DNA of 64,000 nucleotides from an uncultured Gammaproteobacteria bacterium. Lineage in GTDB: Bacteria; Patescibacteriota; Patescibacteriia; JAHIZJ01. The position numbers and the translations under genes are program-made. The first letter of the stretch is position 1; each line of letters begins with the position of its first letter. Location of the stretch: NCBI GenBank assembly GCA_964594455.1, contig CAZQLY010000001.1, forward strand, positions 133,989-197,988. The letters run 5' to 3'. A model generated the notes under the pieces. That model ran no database searches. It saw only the letters and a program-made list of their open reading frames with translations, and had not been told where the DNA came from. Below are positions 18,598-28,180 of this stretch, piece by piece.

Positions 18598-20394
18598 CTA
18601 CGAAGAAAGAATGCCGAGCCAGATCAGCAAGGCAACAATCATACCCATGAGAGATGAGCCAGCGATGCCTGAAGCACCAATCGTGTACTGGTATTCGCCG
18701 GTGAAGCGCCTGTGAATCCAGTTCATGATCAGGTAGATAAACGAGCCGAGCCAGATCGCGCTGGAGTAGAAGAAGGGGATGATCATGGCTACACCTATAC
18801 CGACTGGGCTGGGCACCCATCTACGGAAACGTGTCTGCTCCAGTGTTGTCAGGAAGACTCCGGCCAGGCTTGCCCAAAGCATGGCCAAACCAGCTTTGGC
18901 CGGCAAAGCACTCCAACCTTCAGAGAAGAACTCAGCCAGCGTCGCGAAACGGACTGCGCCTGGAGCTGGCATGATGTCGCCCCCCATCTCGTAAGTGTTG
19001 AAGACTAGCATCAGCATCGGGACAGCAGCCAACGCTCCGACAATGATACCAATAAATTGGGCCGTAACCTGTTTCCGAGGAGTTGCTCCGACCAGCCAAC
19101 CGGTCTTCAGATCCTGCATCATGTCACCTGCTTCTCCAGCACCCGCGCCGGCCACACCCGCCATGGTCAGGTTTGCCGTGACGTTGTTCGGGCTGATGCC
19201 GCCGAAAATGAGTTGGGTCATGGATGCGAATGCCGAAATCGGATTGACTTCGGTTTGTCCGATGCACCGGACAGCGATTGCGGCCATGAACATGCTGAGA
19301 ATGATAGCCAGTAGGGTCATGAACGGATTAATGCCAAAGCCAAGCCATATGACCAGGATGCAGAGAAGTGACGAGCCCAGGAGCCCCCAGAGCCAGCTAC
19401 GGAAAGATGTCTTGAGGTCGCCGCCGACTCCGATCTGGCGCATGCTTCTGAGACTCTCCATGATGATCCGGAATTTGATAAGTATCTGGGTTAAACCCGC
19501 AGAAATCATGATCATTACCCCAGGCCAGACAGTCCAAGCAACGATCGGACGGAACAGCAAACCTTGTCCAGGATCCTGGACCAAACCATTCGCGATCAAC
19601 CAGGGGCCGAGTATCGGAAAAGCGATAATCGCTCCGATCAACAGCGACCAGCCGATCCGCGGACCGATCAGGAAACCGGCGCCGATCAGAAGAGGATCCC
19701 AGGCCACACCGACAGTCAGCCGAGTGAGAGACTGAGTGGCCACACTGCCACCCATCAACCAGAGAGCCGACAGCTTGTGAAAGCCTTCCTGCAGAAGCTT
19801 GACCAACCCGGAGACAGCGACCAGTATGCCCAGCATCCAGCCATGTCCAGCCGAACCGGTTTCCTGGTTATGAAAGGTGTCCATCATATAAGCGCAGGCT
19901 GTCCCCGAAGGAAACCTGAGCTTTTCTTCAATGACCACTTGTCGTCTCAGCGGAATGGCAAAATAGATGCCAAGCAAGCTAGTACTGCCAATAAACAGCA
20001 GAATCTGACACCAGCTCATAGCTTGGCTAATTACTCCGGAAGCTGCCAAGATGACGAACGCTGGCACGACATTGACTATGTTGCCGATACTACCGGCCGC
20101 TGATCCCACCGTCTGGGTGATGTTGTTTTCCAGGATTGAGTAGCGGGCCCGGAACATACGGAATAGCACCAGGCCGAAGATTGCGGCAATAATGGAGCCT
20201 CCTTCTCCAAAGCAAGTCTTCAAGCCCATGTAAATGTTGACTGCGACCAGCAGTATTCCGATGAAAATACCGGCTAAGACTGCCTTGAGAGTAAGCTCGG
20301 GTTTGCCATACCCTTGGTACACATTATAGTACCAGTGCTCTTCATCCCAGCAATCGGGAGGAAGATGCCATGGATCAGACGGTCGAAGCGACAT
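18598..20394 (-). CDS. OPT/YSL family oligopeptide or metal-chelate transporter (cassette gene)
   Basis: ELTLKA, YMGLK, ENNITQT, FPSGTA, DMMQDLKTG..VGATP, PAPGA motifs; many TMs. Confidence 0.9.
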   Translation of the reverse strand: MSLRPSDPWHLPPDCWDEEHWYYNVYQGYGKPELTLKAVLAGIFIGILLVAVNIYMGLKTCFGEGGSIIAAIFGLVLFRMFRARYSILENNITQTVGSAAGSIGNIVNVVPAFVILAASGVISQAMSWCQILLFIGSTSLLGIYFAIPLRRQVVIEEKLRFPSGTACAYMMDTFHNQETGSAGHGWMLGILVAVSGLVKLLQEGFHKLSALWLMGGSVATQSLTRLTVGVAWDPLLIGAGFLIGPRIGWSLLIGAIIAFPILGPWLIANGLVQDPGQGLLFRPIVAWTVWPGVMIMISAGLTQILIKFRIIMESLRSMRQIGVGGDLKTSFRSWLWGLLGSSLLCILVIWLGFGINPFMTLLAIILSMFMAAIAVRCIGQTEVNPISAFASMTQLIFGGISPNNVTANLTMAGVAGAGAGEAGDMMQDLKTGWLVGATPRKQVTAQFIGIIVGALAAVPMLMLVFNTYEMGGDIMPAPGAVRFATLAEFFSEGWSALPAKAGLAMLWASLAGVFLTTLEQTRFRRWVPSPVGIGVAMIIPFFYSSAIWLGSFIYLIMNWIHRRFTGEYQYTIGASGIAGSSLMGMIVALLIWLGILSS

Positions 20395-20399
20395 TGATA

Positions 20400-20493
20400 C
20401 CCCCTTTGTATTGGGAACCGACGTTACGGTAAATGACCAACAGAGTTTTCAAAGAACCTTGAAATCTTAGTTACTTTTTTTATACCTAGTCAA
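20400..20493 (-). promoter_or_regulatory. Cassette leader of the OPT gene with rrn-type boxA
   Basis: TTGACT-N18-TAAGAT; GGTTCTTTGAAAACT at 20458-20444; AAAGGGGG SD. Confidence 0.7.
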
Positions 20494-20568
20494 GAGAAAA
20501 AGGGTCTATTATTTTGTAAAATATAAATATCGATGTATCATTAAGGTATAAATACTAATCTAGTGATT

Positions 20569-20988
20569 ATGAACCCAGAAAAACCCACAAATTCGGAAGA
20601 ACTTGGTGAAAAAAAACTAGAGAAATCGCCAGAAATACTGACTGAACTGTGGACTTCGTTTGACCTGGAAGAGCAAGTCTTAGCCAAAGCAATCCTGGAT
20701 GGGCGTCCGCCAGATGAAGATGCAGCTGTTATTGAGAGCGATTTGCCTCCTAATAACGCGGCAGATCTATTAGATGTAAATTTGATTGATGGAGCCTCAG
20801 TATTGAGCAGATATATAACAAGAGGCAAGGGGACAGAAGTAGTAGTTGATAAAGGCAAACCGTCAATTGTTATTGATGACACAAATTGGCGTGAGCACGG
20901 GCCGAGAGGCAAATGGCTCAGGAAATGGATCCCGATTGCCGAATCTCTGTATCAAAAAGTCGAAGCGTTTAAATCAAAGGGATTATAA
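20569..20988 (+). CDS. Hypothetical protein
   Basis: ORF with an acidic N-terminus; no recognised motif. Confidence 0.6.
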   Translation: MNPEKPTNSEELGEKKLEKSPEILTELWTSFDLEEQVLAKAILDGRPPDEDAAVIESDLPPNNAADLLDVNLIDGASVLSRYITRGKGTEVVVDKGKPSIVIDDTNWREHGPRGKWLRKWIPIAESLYQKVEAFKSKGL

Positions 20989-21045
20989 TTAGTAGTATTA
21001 AACACGAGCCTTGACAGAAAGAGTTGGACATGTTATCATGCCCTA

Positions 21046-21264
21046 TCAAGTATTAGCTGGTTCTGGCTGAGCTTCAGAAAGTCATACAGACACACATGGT
21101 AATATGGTGTTGCGAGGATTATTTAGGCAGAACCAGGCAGTATCAGTTTTTCCGTGTTGAGTTTGATAACGCTAGGATAACCTACCCAAACCATTGAGAG
21201 GTAATTCGGAATTCAGGCGTCGCTCGTCCGAAGTAAATTGGAACCCTTGAACAGAGGGTTTTTT
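21046..21264 (+). ncRNA. Candidate structured small RNA between its own promoter and terminator
   Basis: TTGACA(21011)-N17-TATCAT; CTGGTTCTG 21057-65 pairs with CAGAACCAG 21128-36; terminator AACCCT..AGGGTTTTTT; no SD-led ORF. Confidence 0.45.
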
Positions 21265-21331
21265 GATTTGATTCAAATTAGAAATTAGCTATTCCTTGTT
21301 ATTTTTTAGGATTTGGCGTATGATAAGCTAT

Positions 21332-21526
21332 ATGGATGGAAACAGTAGAGATAGCATATTTCCTGGCTTACGAGTAGCTGTGGTAAAAAAAATGGATCAG
21401 GCAACCGGACAGCTGACAGAAGGAATAGTCCGGGATGTTTTAACACATTCAGCTAGCCATCCACACGGTATTAAGGTTAGGCTGGAATCTGGCGAAGTAG
21501 GTAGAGTTAAGGATATTTTGAACTAA
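21332..21526 (+). CDS. YwbE family (DUF2196) protein; start at ATG 21332
   Basis: MDG..R..I.PG..V.VV.K.DQ.TG.LT.G.V..LT.S..HPHGIKVRL..G.VGRV. Confidence 0.85.
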   Translation: MDGNSRDSIFPGLRVAVVKKMDQATGQLTEGIVRDVLTHSASHPHGIKVRLESGEVGRVKDILN

Positions 21527-21554
21527 CTTTTTAAATAACTAAATATAGAAAAAT

Positions 21555-22127
21555 ATGTTTGATAAAAAAGAGATGTTCAAGGCAGTGTGTGGTGAATGTA
21601 ATAAACCATGTGAAGTACCATTTAAGCCAACCGGAGATAAACCTGTGTTGTGCAGCGACTGCTTTGCTCAAAAAAAAGACAGATTTCATAGCCGAACCGG
21701 CGCCGGTCGTTCGGCCAGATCTAGGGATAGGCACATGCATGAAGCTATTTGTGATAAATGTGGTAAGAAATGCCAGGTACCTTTCAAGCCTACTGGAGAA
21801 AAACCAATATTCTGTAGTGATTGTTTCAGTACAGAAGATAGACGAAGCGACAGGAGAGGTGATAGACGAGGCAGAGACCGGTATGGTAGAGGCAGCACTA
21901 AGAGTAGGGATGAAGTTGGAAGCAGACAGTTGTCAGAGCAATTAAAATCAGTCAGCCTTAAGGTAGACAAGGTATTGGAATTATTGGAGAGAGAAGAGAC
22001 TGAGAAACAATCTTCTACAAAAACTATCGGTAAAAAAGCTAGTATAAAAAAAGCAGGAGCCAAAACTAAAACAGCCAAGAATTCCACAAAAAAAGCAGCA
22101 AAGAAAACACCTAAGAAAAAGAAATAA
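21555..22127 (+). CDS. Tandem CxxC-x17-CxxC zinc-ribbon protein with Lys-rich tail
   Basis: Two repeats of C..C.K.C.VPFKPTG.KP..CSDCF. Confidence 0.85.
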   Translation: MFDKKEMFKAVCGECNKPCEVPFKPTGDKPVLCSDCFAQKKDRFHSRTGAGRSARSRDRHMHEAICDKCGKKCQVPFKPTGEKPIFCSDCFSTEDRRSDRRGDRRGRDRYGRGSTKSRDEVGSRQLSEQLKSVSLKVDKVLELLEREETEKQSSTKTIGKKASIKKAGAKTKTAKNSTKKAAKKTPKKKK

Positions 22128-22155
22128 ATCGTTAGATAAATACTCAGATAAACCA

Positions 22156-22704
22156 ATGAATAATCGTCAAAAGCAAACCCCATTACACCCAAAGCTAAAA
22201 GCCAATTATCAGGCTGAGATAAGTTTGTCTTTTGACAAAATTAATTATTCAGATATTTCTGATAAGGCCAAGCGGGAGGGATTCAAAAGAAATAAAGATT
22301 TCCATATTACAGTAATCGGAATAATTGCTGCTAAGGCAATAAAGAGTTGTTTAACGAAACTTGATCAGACAAAACGAAAAAAAATGCTGGAAAAAATACA
22401 GGAATTGTTAAAATCGTTTAACTGGTCGTTTAAGCTTTCCCAGCGTTATCACGTCAAGAAGAATGGGAAGTTTAATGAAAAAAATGACATTATAGAAAAT
22501 CGTGAGTCATATATTCAGATATTGTACCTTCCGGCTATGGAGAGATTCTATAGCAAGTTAAATGGCTTGATGGGTCTAGAGCTGGACACACAAATTTCTC
22601 ACGTTACTCTATTTACAAAAGGTGAAAGTAAAAATCCAGACTATTATGGCATACCCATACCGTCAAAAGAAGAATTCGATAATATGGATCCACAGGAAAT
22701 CTGA
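22156..22704 (+). CDS. 2H-phosphoesterase-like protein
   Basis: Two HxT motifs: FHITV and SHVTL. Confidence 0.6.
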   Translation: MNNRQKQTPLHPKLKANYQAEISLSFDKINYSDISDKAKREGFKRNKDFHITVIGIIAAKAIKSCLTKLDQTKRKKMLEKIQELLKSFNWSFKLSQRYHVKKNGKFNEKNDIIENRESYIQILYLPAMERFYSKLNGLMGLELDTQISHVTLFTKGESKNPDYYGIPIPSKEEFDNMDPQEI

Positions 22705-22861
22705 GCTGAAAACAACTATTTCAATTATCGTACTGGCAGTGCTTTAGCGCTGTTTTTATATTGACAATTAAAGGAAATAGTAATAAATTCAGGAGCTGAG
22801 GAAATGAGAGCCCATTACATAAACTTGGCTGAATACAGCCGATATCTAGGAGGTAAACACC

Positions 22862-23959
22862 ATGAAGACTATGAGTATTTTTCTGTGTCTTCTGGTGGTC
22901 GCATTCAGCGCTTCGGCTGAAACGATCCGAGTGCCGGATCAGTATGCGACCATCCAGGCGGCTGTCGAGTCCGCACAACCCGGTGACGAAGTCCAAGTGG
23001 CGGCTGGAACGTACAACGACTGCACTCATCAATCAGTCAATGAGGCGGGCGCTGAGATGATGAACTGCGTAATAATGAAGAGCGGTGTCTCGCTGATCGG
23101 CGCTGGTTCCGAGAGTACCATCATTGATGCTCAAGGACTGGGTCGGGTCATCTTGGCTGATTCTTGTGCAGCCGGAACCAGGATCGAAGGCTTCACCCTG
23201 ACTGGAGGACACCTGGAAGGGAGTAAAAACGGTGCTGGTTTGAACTGCTACTGGTCGGCGGTTGAGTGCTCTGACCTGACCTTTGTTGAGAATGGAACAG
23301 AGGGTAATGGCGGCGGAGTCTCCATCTTCATGGGTGCGAATCGAATGACTGACTGTTTCTTCAACGGTAACTATGTTTTGATCGGATACGGAGGTGCTAT
23401 CCACTGTGTCAGTTCAAGCAGCGAGTTTGAGCGGTGCCGTGTTACTGGAAGCAGCGGCTACAACGGTACAGTGGTCTGTGACCAGAGTGATGGAGCTCCG
23501 ACTTTCAAATACTGCCTCTTTGATCACAACCAGAGTCACCGCGGTGTGGTCTGGACCGGCAATGAGAGCCAAGCCAGATTCGAACACTGTACTATTTCCG
23601 ACAGCGAAGGAGAGTCATTCTATACTAATTCCGAAGGGGCATCGCTATATTGCTGCATATTGGCATTCGGTAGTAGAGTGGCAATGATCTGTGACGAGGG
23701 TACAACATTTGAGTGCTGTGATGTCTACGGACATCAGTACAATGACACGAATAAAGGCACCGACCTCGGCGGATGTTTTTCTGAAGATCCCGAGTTTGTC
23801 AGCCGGGAGTCCGGGGACTACTACCTTCAGCCCAGCTCTCCATGCCAGCCCGGCAACCACTCTGGCGGCTGCAACGACGTTGTGATCGGCGCGTTTCCGC
23901 CCGATGACACGCCTGTCCAGAGATGTTCCTGGGGCATGATCAAGGCGTCATTTCGATAA
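22862..23959 (+). CDS. Secreted right-handed parallel beta-helix protein with C-terminal SWGxIK motif (cassette gene)
   Basis: Signal peptide, VPDQYATIQAAV, GGG/GGA repeats, DYYLQPSSPC, SWGMIKASFR; TTGACA 22761, AGGAGGT, terminator 23971-23996. Confidence 0.85.
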   Translation: MKTMSIFLCLLVVAFSASAETIRVPDQYATIQAAVESAQPGDEVQVAAGTYNDCTHQSVNEAGAEMMNCVIMKSGVSLIGAGSESTIIDAQGLGRVILADSCAAGTRIEGFTLTGGHLEGSKNGAGLNCYWSAVECSDLTFVENGTEGNGGGVSIFMGANRMTDCFFNGNYVLIGYGGAIHCVSSSSEFERCRVTGSSGYNGTVVCDQSDGAPTFKYCLFDHNQSHRGVVWTGNESQARFEHCTISDSEGESFYTNSEGASLYCCILAFGSRVAMICDEGTTFECCDVYGHQYNDTNKGTDLGGCFSEDPEFVSRESGDYYLQPSSPCQPGNHSGGCNDVVIGAFPPDDTPVQRCSWGMIKASFR

Positions 23960-24035
23960 TGAACATTCATGAGGTAACTACGGTTACCTCTTTTTTATGC
24001 TTGAAAAAAGAGTTATTAATGATTAAACTATTATT

Positions 24036-24977
24036 ATGGATAAAGCGAAGGTTGAAATAATGCGCAAAGAGATATTGAATCGACCAGACGTTGGGTCAAT
24101 TAAAATTTTTGATACATTCAAAAATGAGTCTGGCCGCAAAGACGTTATATTGATAAAACAAAATAACCAAAAAAAGATAGTCCGAATTGGCGAAGCCAGA
24201 CCGGATTATTTTTTTTCAGATGGGTATCAAGGCGAATATCTGGTAATACCCAAAATATATGAGATTAACAAACAGGAAATCGTTTATGAAATAGAAGAGT
24301 ATCTTGAGGGGCCTACGCTTTGGAAAAAGCTTGGGCGGAGTAACAGCTTTTTTTTACCAGAAGACCTGTGGGATTTATTGTTTTCAGCCTTTTGGGAATT
24401 TCAATCAGTAGCCAAAGAATTACCCTTTGAACAAAAGATGACGATAGAAAAAGTGATAAAGCATTTTGATAAGGCAAAAGAGTTAATCCCTGATCAGAAA
24501 GAAACACTATCGTTGATTAAAAAACTGGAGTCGAAGTGGAATTCCAGCTATCCGTCCAAGTGGAAGTTTGCCTTGGACAATCTGATCTATATCAAAGATA
24601 AAAAAATCGGTTTCATAGACAATGATAATGTAGGTAGCAGGTTCCTGGGTTATGACCTGGGCTGGGTTATCTGGCCTGGTTGGGTGCATATGAGAACAAA
24701 GGACTATCGGAACAGGTTTGATCAATACATTAAATACTTGAAAAGTATTGAGAAGAGATTTGCTAGATCCTGTCCTAGTAACCTAGACTTAGATGAAAAA
24801 TTATCCGATGCTTTTTGGCTGGCAATATTTGAGCGTATTATCGGAGCATTGTATGATGTAGTTAATCAAACTAAGCATTTGGCGCCTGCTAGGATTATAA
24901 AAAACAGTGTCAAAGAAAAAGAACACACAAACTTCCTTGTGCGATTGTTAAAAGTCGTTAGTGATAGATTAGAATGA
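24036..24977 (+). CDS. APH/choline-kinase-like protein with degenerate catalytic loop
   Basis: IPKIYE, EEYLEG, DNLI..IGFID, GYDLG; the expected HxD is KWK. Confidence 0.55.
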   Translation: MDKAKVEIMRKEILNRPDVGSIKIFDTFKNESGRKDVILIKQNNQKKIVRIGEARPDYFFSDGYQGEYLVIPKIYEINKQEIVYEIEEYLEGPTLWKKLGRSNSFFLPEDLWDLLFSAFWEFQSVAKELPFEQKMTIEKVIKHFDKAKELIPDQKETLSLIKKLESKWNSSYPSKWKFALDNLIYIKDKKIGFIDNDNVGSRFLGYDLGWVIWPGWVHMRTKDYRNRFDQYIKYLKSIEKRFARSCPSNLDLDEKLSDAFWLAIFERIIGALYDVVNQTKHLAPARIIKNSVKEKEHTNFLVRLLKVVSDRLE

Positions 24978-25124
24978 TCTAGCATGAAAATAAAACTTTT
25001 TAGAAAAAGGTTTATTAGTTAATATCAGATAAATATTAGATATCTTGAAAAAAAATTAAGCTGGTAGTAAGATAATCCCAGTTCATTTGTAATTCGACTA
25101 GGGTACGAAAATAAGGGAGGAGAC

Positions 25125-25889
25125 ATGAAGAGGTTGAATGTTTTGTTATGGGTGATGCTGGCGGGGTTACTACTGGTGTCGTGCGGAGGTGATTCTGTCT
25201 CGAGCTGGACCAGGGCAATGTCCCAAGAAAACGCCGGCGAACACGAGAAGGCTTTGGCCAGAGCAACCAAGCTGGTTGAAGCTCGAATTGCACACATGGA
25301 CGGCGCTCTAGCGTCGAACTTGACCACCAGCCGGTATTTTGACCCTGAACGAGCGGCTGAGGACATCCTGAAGCTGAGCCGGAAGATCCACGACAACGAC
25401 GATTTGGCCAACAGTTTGGCTGCTCGAGGATTCCTCTTCTGCGTCATCGGCGAGTACAATCTGGGCGTTGCGGACTTTGAGCAGGCAATGAAAGCTGGAG
25501 AAGAGCCGGACTTGATGATGCTGGAGCCGCTGACTTCCGGAACCCTACACTTCTGTCATGCCATGGCACTCTGGCAGAAGGGAGAAAAGTCGCAAGCTCT
25601 GTCTGAACTAGAGTCCCTGACAGAGAAGGACGAGAAGTGCCACCAGGCCTGGTTTTATCAGGGAGTGATCAGAGATGAGTTGGGACAGCGTATTGATGCG
25701 ATCGGCAATATACAGTACGCTACTTATCTGAAATCAAGTCCTGTCTACAGCAATACCTTTGATTACTTGATGGGGAAGAGGACGGGCGAAGTGCCGTATT
25801 GCTCATTCCTGATTGCCTTTTTCAGCAACCGAGAACCGCTCAACCGGCCCTATGGCTACATCTGGCCCCTAGTCCAAGATACCAAATAA
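25125..25889 (+). CDS. TPR lipoprotein (cassette gene)
   Basis: Lipobox LVSC; TPR-like helices; AGGGAGG SD; terminator 25900-25924. Confidence 0.75.
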   Translation: MKRLNVLLWVMLAGLLLVSCGGDSVSSWTRAMSQENAGEHEKALARATKLVEARIAHMDGALASNLTTSRYFDPERAAEDILKLSRKIHDNDDLANSLAARGFLFCVIGEYNLGVADFEQAMKAGEEPDLMMLEPLTSGTLHFCHAMALWQKGEKSQALSELESLTEKDEKCHQAWFYQGVIRDELGQRIDAIGNIQYATYLKSSPVYSNTFDYLMGKRTGEVPYCSFLIAFFSNREPLNRPYGYIWPLVQDTK

Positions 25890-26050
25890 ACCTTCGAACA
25901 GGCGTTTCCGTAAACGCCTTTTTTATTCTTGAAGTAGTGTAAATTAAACCTTTTGGTAAAAAGGTTTACTCCTTTCATATAAGTCAATTTTTATGTTGAA
26001 TAGATAGGGGATAAGGAGTATGATAAAAATACAAATAATTAATTGATCTC

Positions 26051-27160
26051 ATGAAAAATTTCATTACCACAACGCTAATCATTCTCTTAGTAATCGTTGG
26101 CGGGTATATTGCTTATGATAAGATTTATAATGAAAGGGAGGGAAATGCTGGGCATGAATCTAAGTCATATGATCAGCTGGGCTTCTTAATTGGACCTTCG
26201 GCAAAAGAAATGAAGGAAGCGAGAGAATTAGGCGCCGGCTGGGTTCGGCCACACCCAGGCCCTTTTGTCTGGGGTGATATGCAGAAGACCGCTGAGAGCA
26301 AGATTTCTTTTTCTGAAACAGATGATATTGTCGAAGACTCTAAGGATTATGATATACAGTTGCTGGTTACTATTTGGCCTTATGCTGGCTGGGATCAGAA
26401 AGAACGTTCTGATTATGACGATTGTCGAGTGTCTGGAAGCGAATTTGTCGATGAGTTTGGCTGGTATCGTTGCAATCCAAATAATTGGGATACATATCAA
26501 GAATGGGTTTCGGCTTTTGTCGAACGTTATGATGGAGATGGGGTCGAAGATATGCCTGGAATGCAGCAGGCAATCAAATACTGGGAGGTATTTAATGAAC
26601 CGGATTTGCAGCAGATGGCAGGAGAAAGCGGGCTACAGTTCTTTGTAGGAGATCCTGATGATTACGCGGAATTACTTAAAAAGACCAGCCAGGCCATAAG
26701 ATCAGCTGATCCAGAAGCAAAAATATTAGTAGCCGGAGCAGCTGGCGGTGATGCGGATATGCTGGAATTCTATCGAGGAGTTTTTGACGACCAGAGCGCG
26801 ATCAACAGTTTTGATATAGCTAATGTGCATTGCATTTCCAGTGGAGACGTAGAAAGTTTTAATGTCGAACCGTATAGGGAAATGCTTGATGAATTTGGAA
26901 TTGATAAACCTATCTGGGTGACCGAAGCCGAGGCATTTATAAGTTCGGATCCAGCCGTGGTGGCAACTCAAACCAAGGAAAGCTCCTTGGAAGCTTTTGA
27001 ATTAGGAGCAGAGAAGTTATTTTATACTAGTCGAGATTTTGAACACCAGCCAGGTGGTGGTATGATGAAGATGGATGAAACAGACACGATGGTTGACACT
27101 AGCCTAGATGTATCTGATCCGGGTAGTATATTTAGAGAGATATGTGAATCAAATGGTTAA
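26051..27160 (+). CDS. Membrane-anchored clan GH-A glycoside hydrolase (GH39/GH5-like)
   Basis: WEVFNEP (acid/base) and IWVTE (nucleophile) motifs. Confidence 0.8.
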   Translation: MKNFITTTLIILLVIVGGYIAYDKIYNEREGNAGHESKSYDQLGFLIGPSAKEMKEARELGAGWVRPHPGPFVWGDMQKTAESKISFSETDDIVEDSKDYDIQLLVTIWPYAGWDQKERSDYDDCRVSGSEFVDEFGWYRCNPNNWDTYQEWVSAFVERYDGDGVEDMPGMQQAIKYWEVFNEPDLQQMAGESGLQFFVGDPDDYAELLKKTSQAIRSADPEAKILVAGAAGGDADMLEFYRGVFDDQSAINSFDIANVHCISSGDVESFNVEPYREMLDEFGIDKPIWVTEAEAFISSDPAVVATQTKESSLEAFELGAEKLFYTSRDFEHQPGGGMMKMDETDTMVDTSLDVSDPGSIFREICESNG

Positions 27161-27193
27161 AATAAAGGCAAGTTAATTATTAATTAAAATTTT

Positions 27194-27778
27194 ATGAACA
27201 AAAGTTTAATTGGCATTATCGTGGCCGTGATAATCATTGGTAGCGGTGTAGGTATTTATTTCTATATGCAAAATGATGAGGAAGCTTCCACAGACAACAC
27301 CAACACCAACGCTGTAGCTGAAACAAAGTATGAGGGAGATTCCTATTCTTTTACTCAGCCGGACGGTTGGACTCAAGGACACATCCAGAACACGTTGGTA
27401 TCGTTTCATAATACCGAGGAAACTTTTCCTGAAGGTAGCGCGGCAGCCAACATAAATTTCAAAAGTTATATGGCTTTGTCGTTTGACAGCATCAATGAAC
27501 GATCCCTATCTGAGATATATGATTTGACTGTTGCCGGTTTACAGCAAACACTTCCTTCAATTACGGTTGTTGATGTAGTTGATGAAACAATTAATGGCCT
27601 TCCAGCTAAACTTCTGACAATCCAATTTGTTCAACAGGAAGTTGATTATACGGTGCTAATAGGCATGTACATGGCAAGCCAGCGGTATTATGCCATGTCA
27701 TTTAATACTACGACTGAAAAATGGTCAGAGTACAAAGACTACTTCTTCAAACTAGCTAGAAGTTTCGAGGCGGAATAA
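27194..27778 (+). CDS. Membrane-anchored PsbP/DcrB-like protein
   Basis: YSFTQPDGW, TINGLPA and F.KLARSF pattern. Confidence 0.65.
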   Translation: MNKSLIGIIVAVIIIGSGVGIYFYMQNDEEASTDNTNTNAVAETKYEGDSYSFTQPDGWTQGHIQNTLVSFHNTEETFPEGSAAANINFKSYMALSFDSINERSLSEIYDLTVAGLQQTLPSITVVDVVDETINGLPAKLLTIQFVQQEVDYTVLIGMYMASQRYYAMSFNTTTEKWSEYKDYFFKLARSFEAE

Positions 27779-27907
27779 ATCACAGTTATAGCTATTAAAA
27801 AACCCGTGTTCAGGGCAATGCGGGTTTTTTATTGTGTCATATTCATTAAAAAGCGAAAGACCCAGCGGCTGGTGCTGGGTCACGTGTGCGAAGAGCGAGG
27901 TTGGAAG

Positions 27908-28180
27908 TCAAATTACGGCTCTTTGCACCAAGGTTGTACTGATGGTACGAGGACTGATGTGCTGGGTTAGAACTGGAGTTTCGACAGATAACCCCTTAGG
28001 ATCGGAAGAAACTTGGATGTTGCAGCAGGGATCAACCCTGTGGTGAACTATCACATCACATAATACTGCGTCATCCGATGGAGTTAGTCTAAGATAGACG
28101 ACGATCATGTCATCCTCGTAGATGATGGGGGTATTTTTATTCCCGTGCATCCAGTCAACAGGATGAAACTTCGCGGACAT
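27908..28180 (-). CDS. Hypothetical protein (cassette gene); start at ATG 28180
   Basis: GGAGGTG SD; TTGACA 28261-28256; CGTTCATTG; terminator GACCCAGC..GCTGGGTC near 27859-27881. Confidence 0.6.
   Translation of the reverse strand: MSAKFHPVDWMHGNKNTPIIYEDDMIVVYLRLTPSDDAVLCDVIVHHRVDPCCNIQVSSDPKGLSVETPVLTQHISPRTISTTLVQRAVI

Noticed and set aside
3442-20493. Cassette stacks as a classical integron
   Set aside because: No IntI and no RYYYAAC...GTTRRRY attC boundaries were recognised; the cassettes carry their own promoters and occur on both strands
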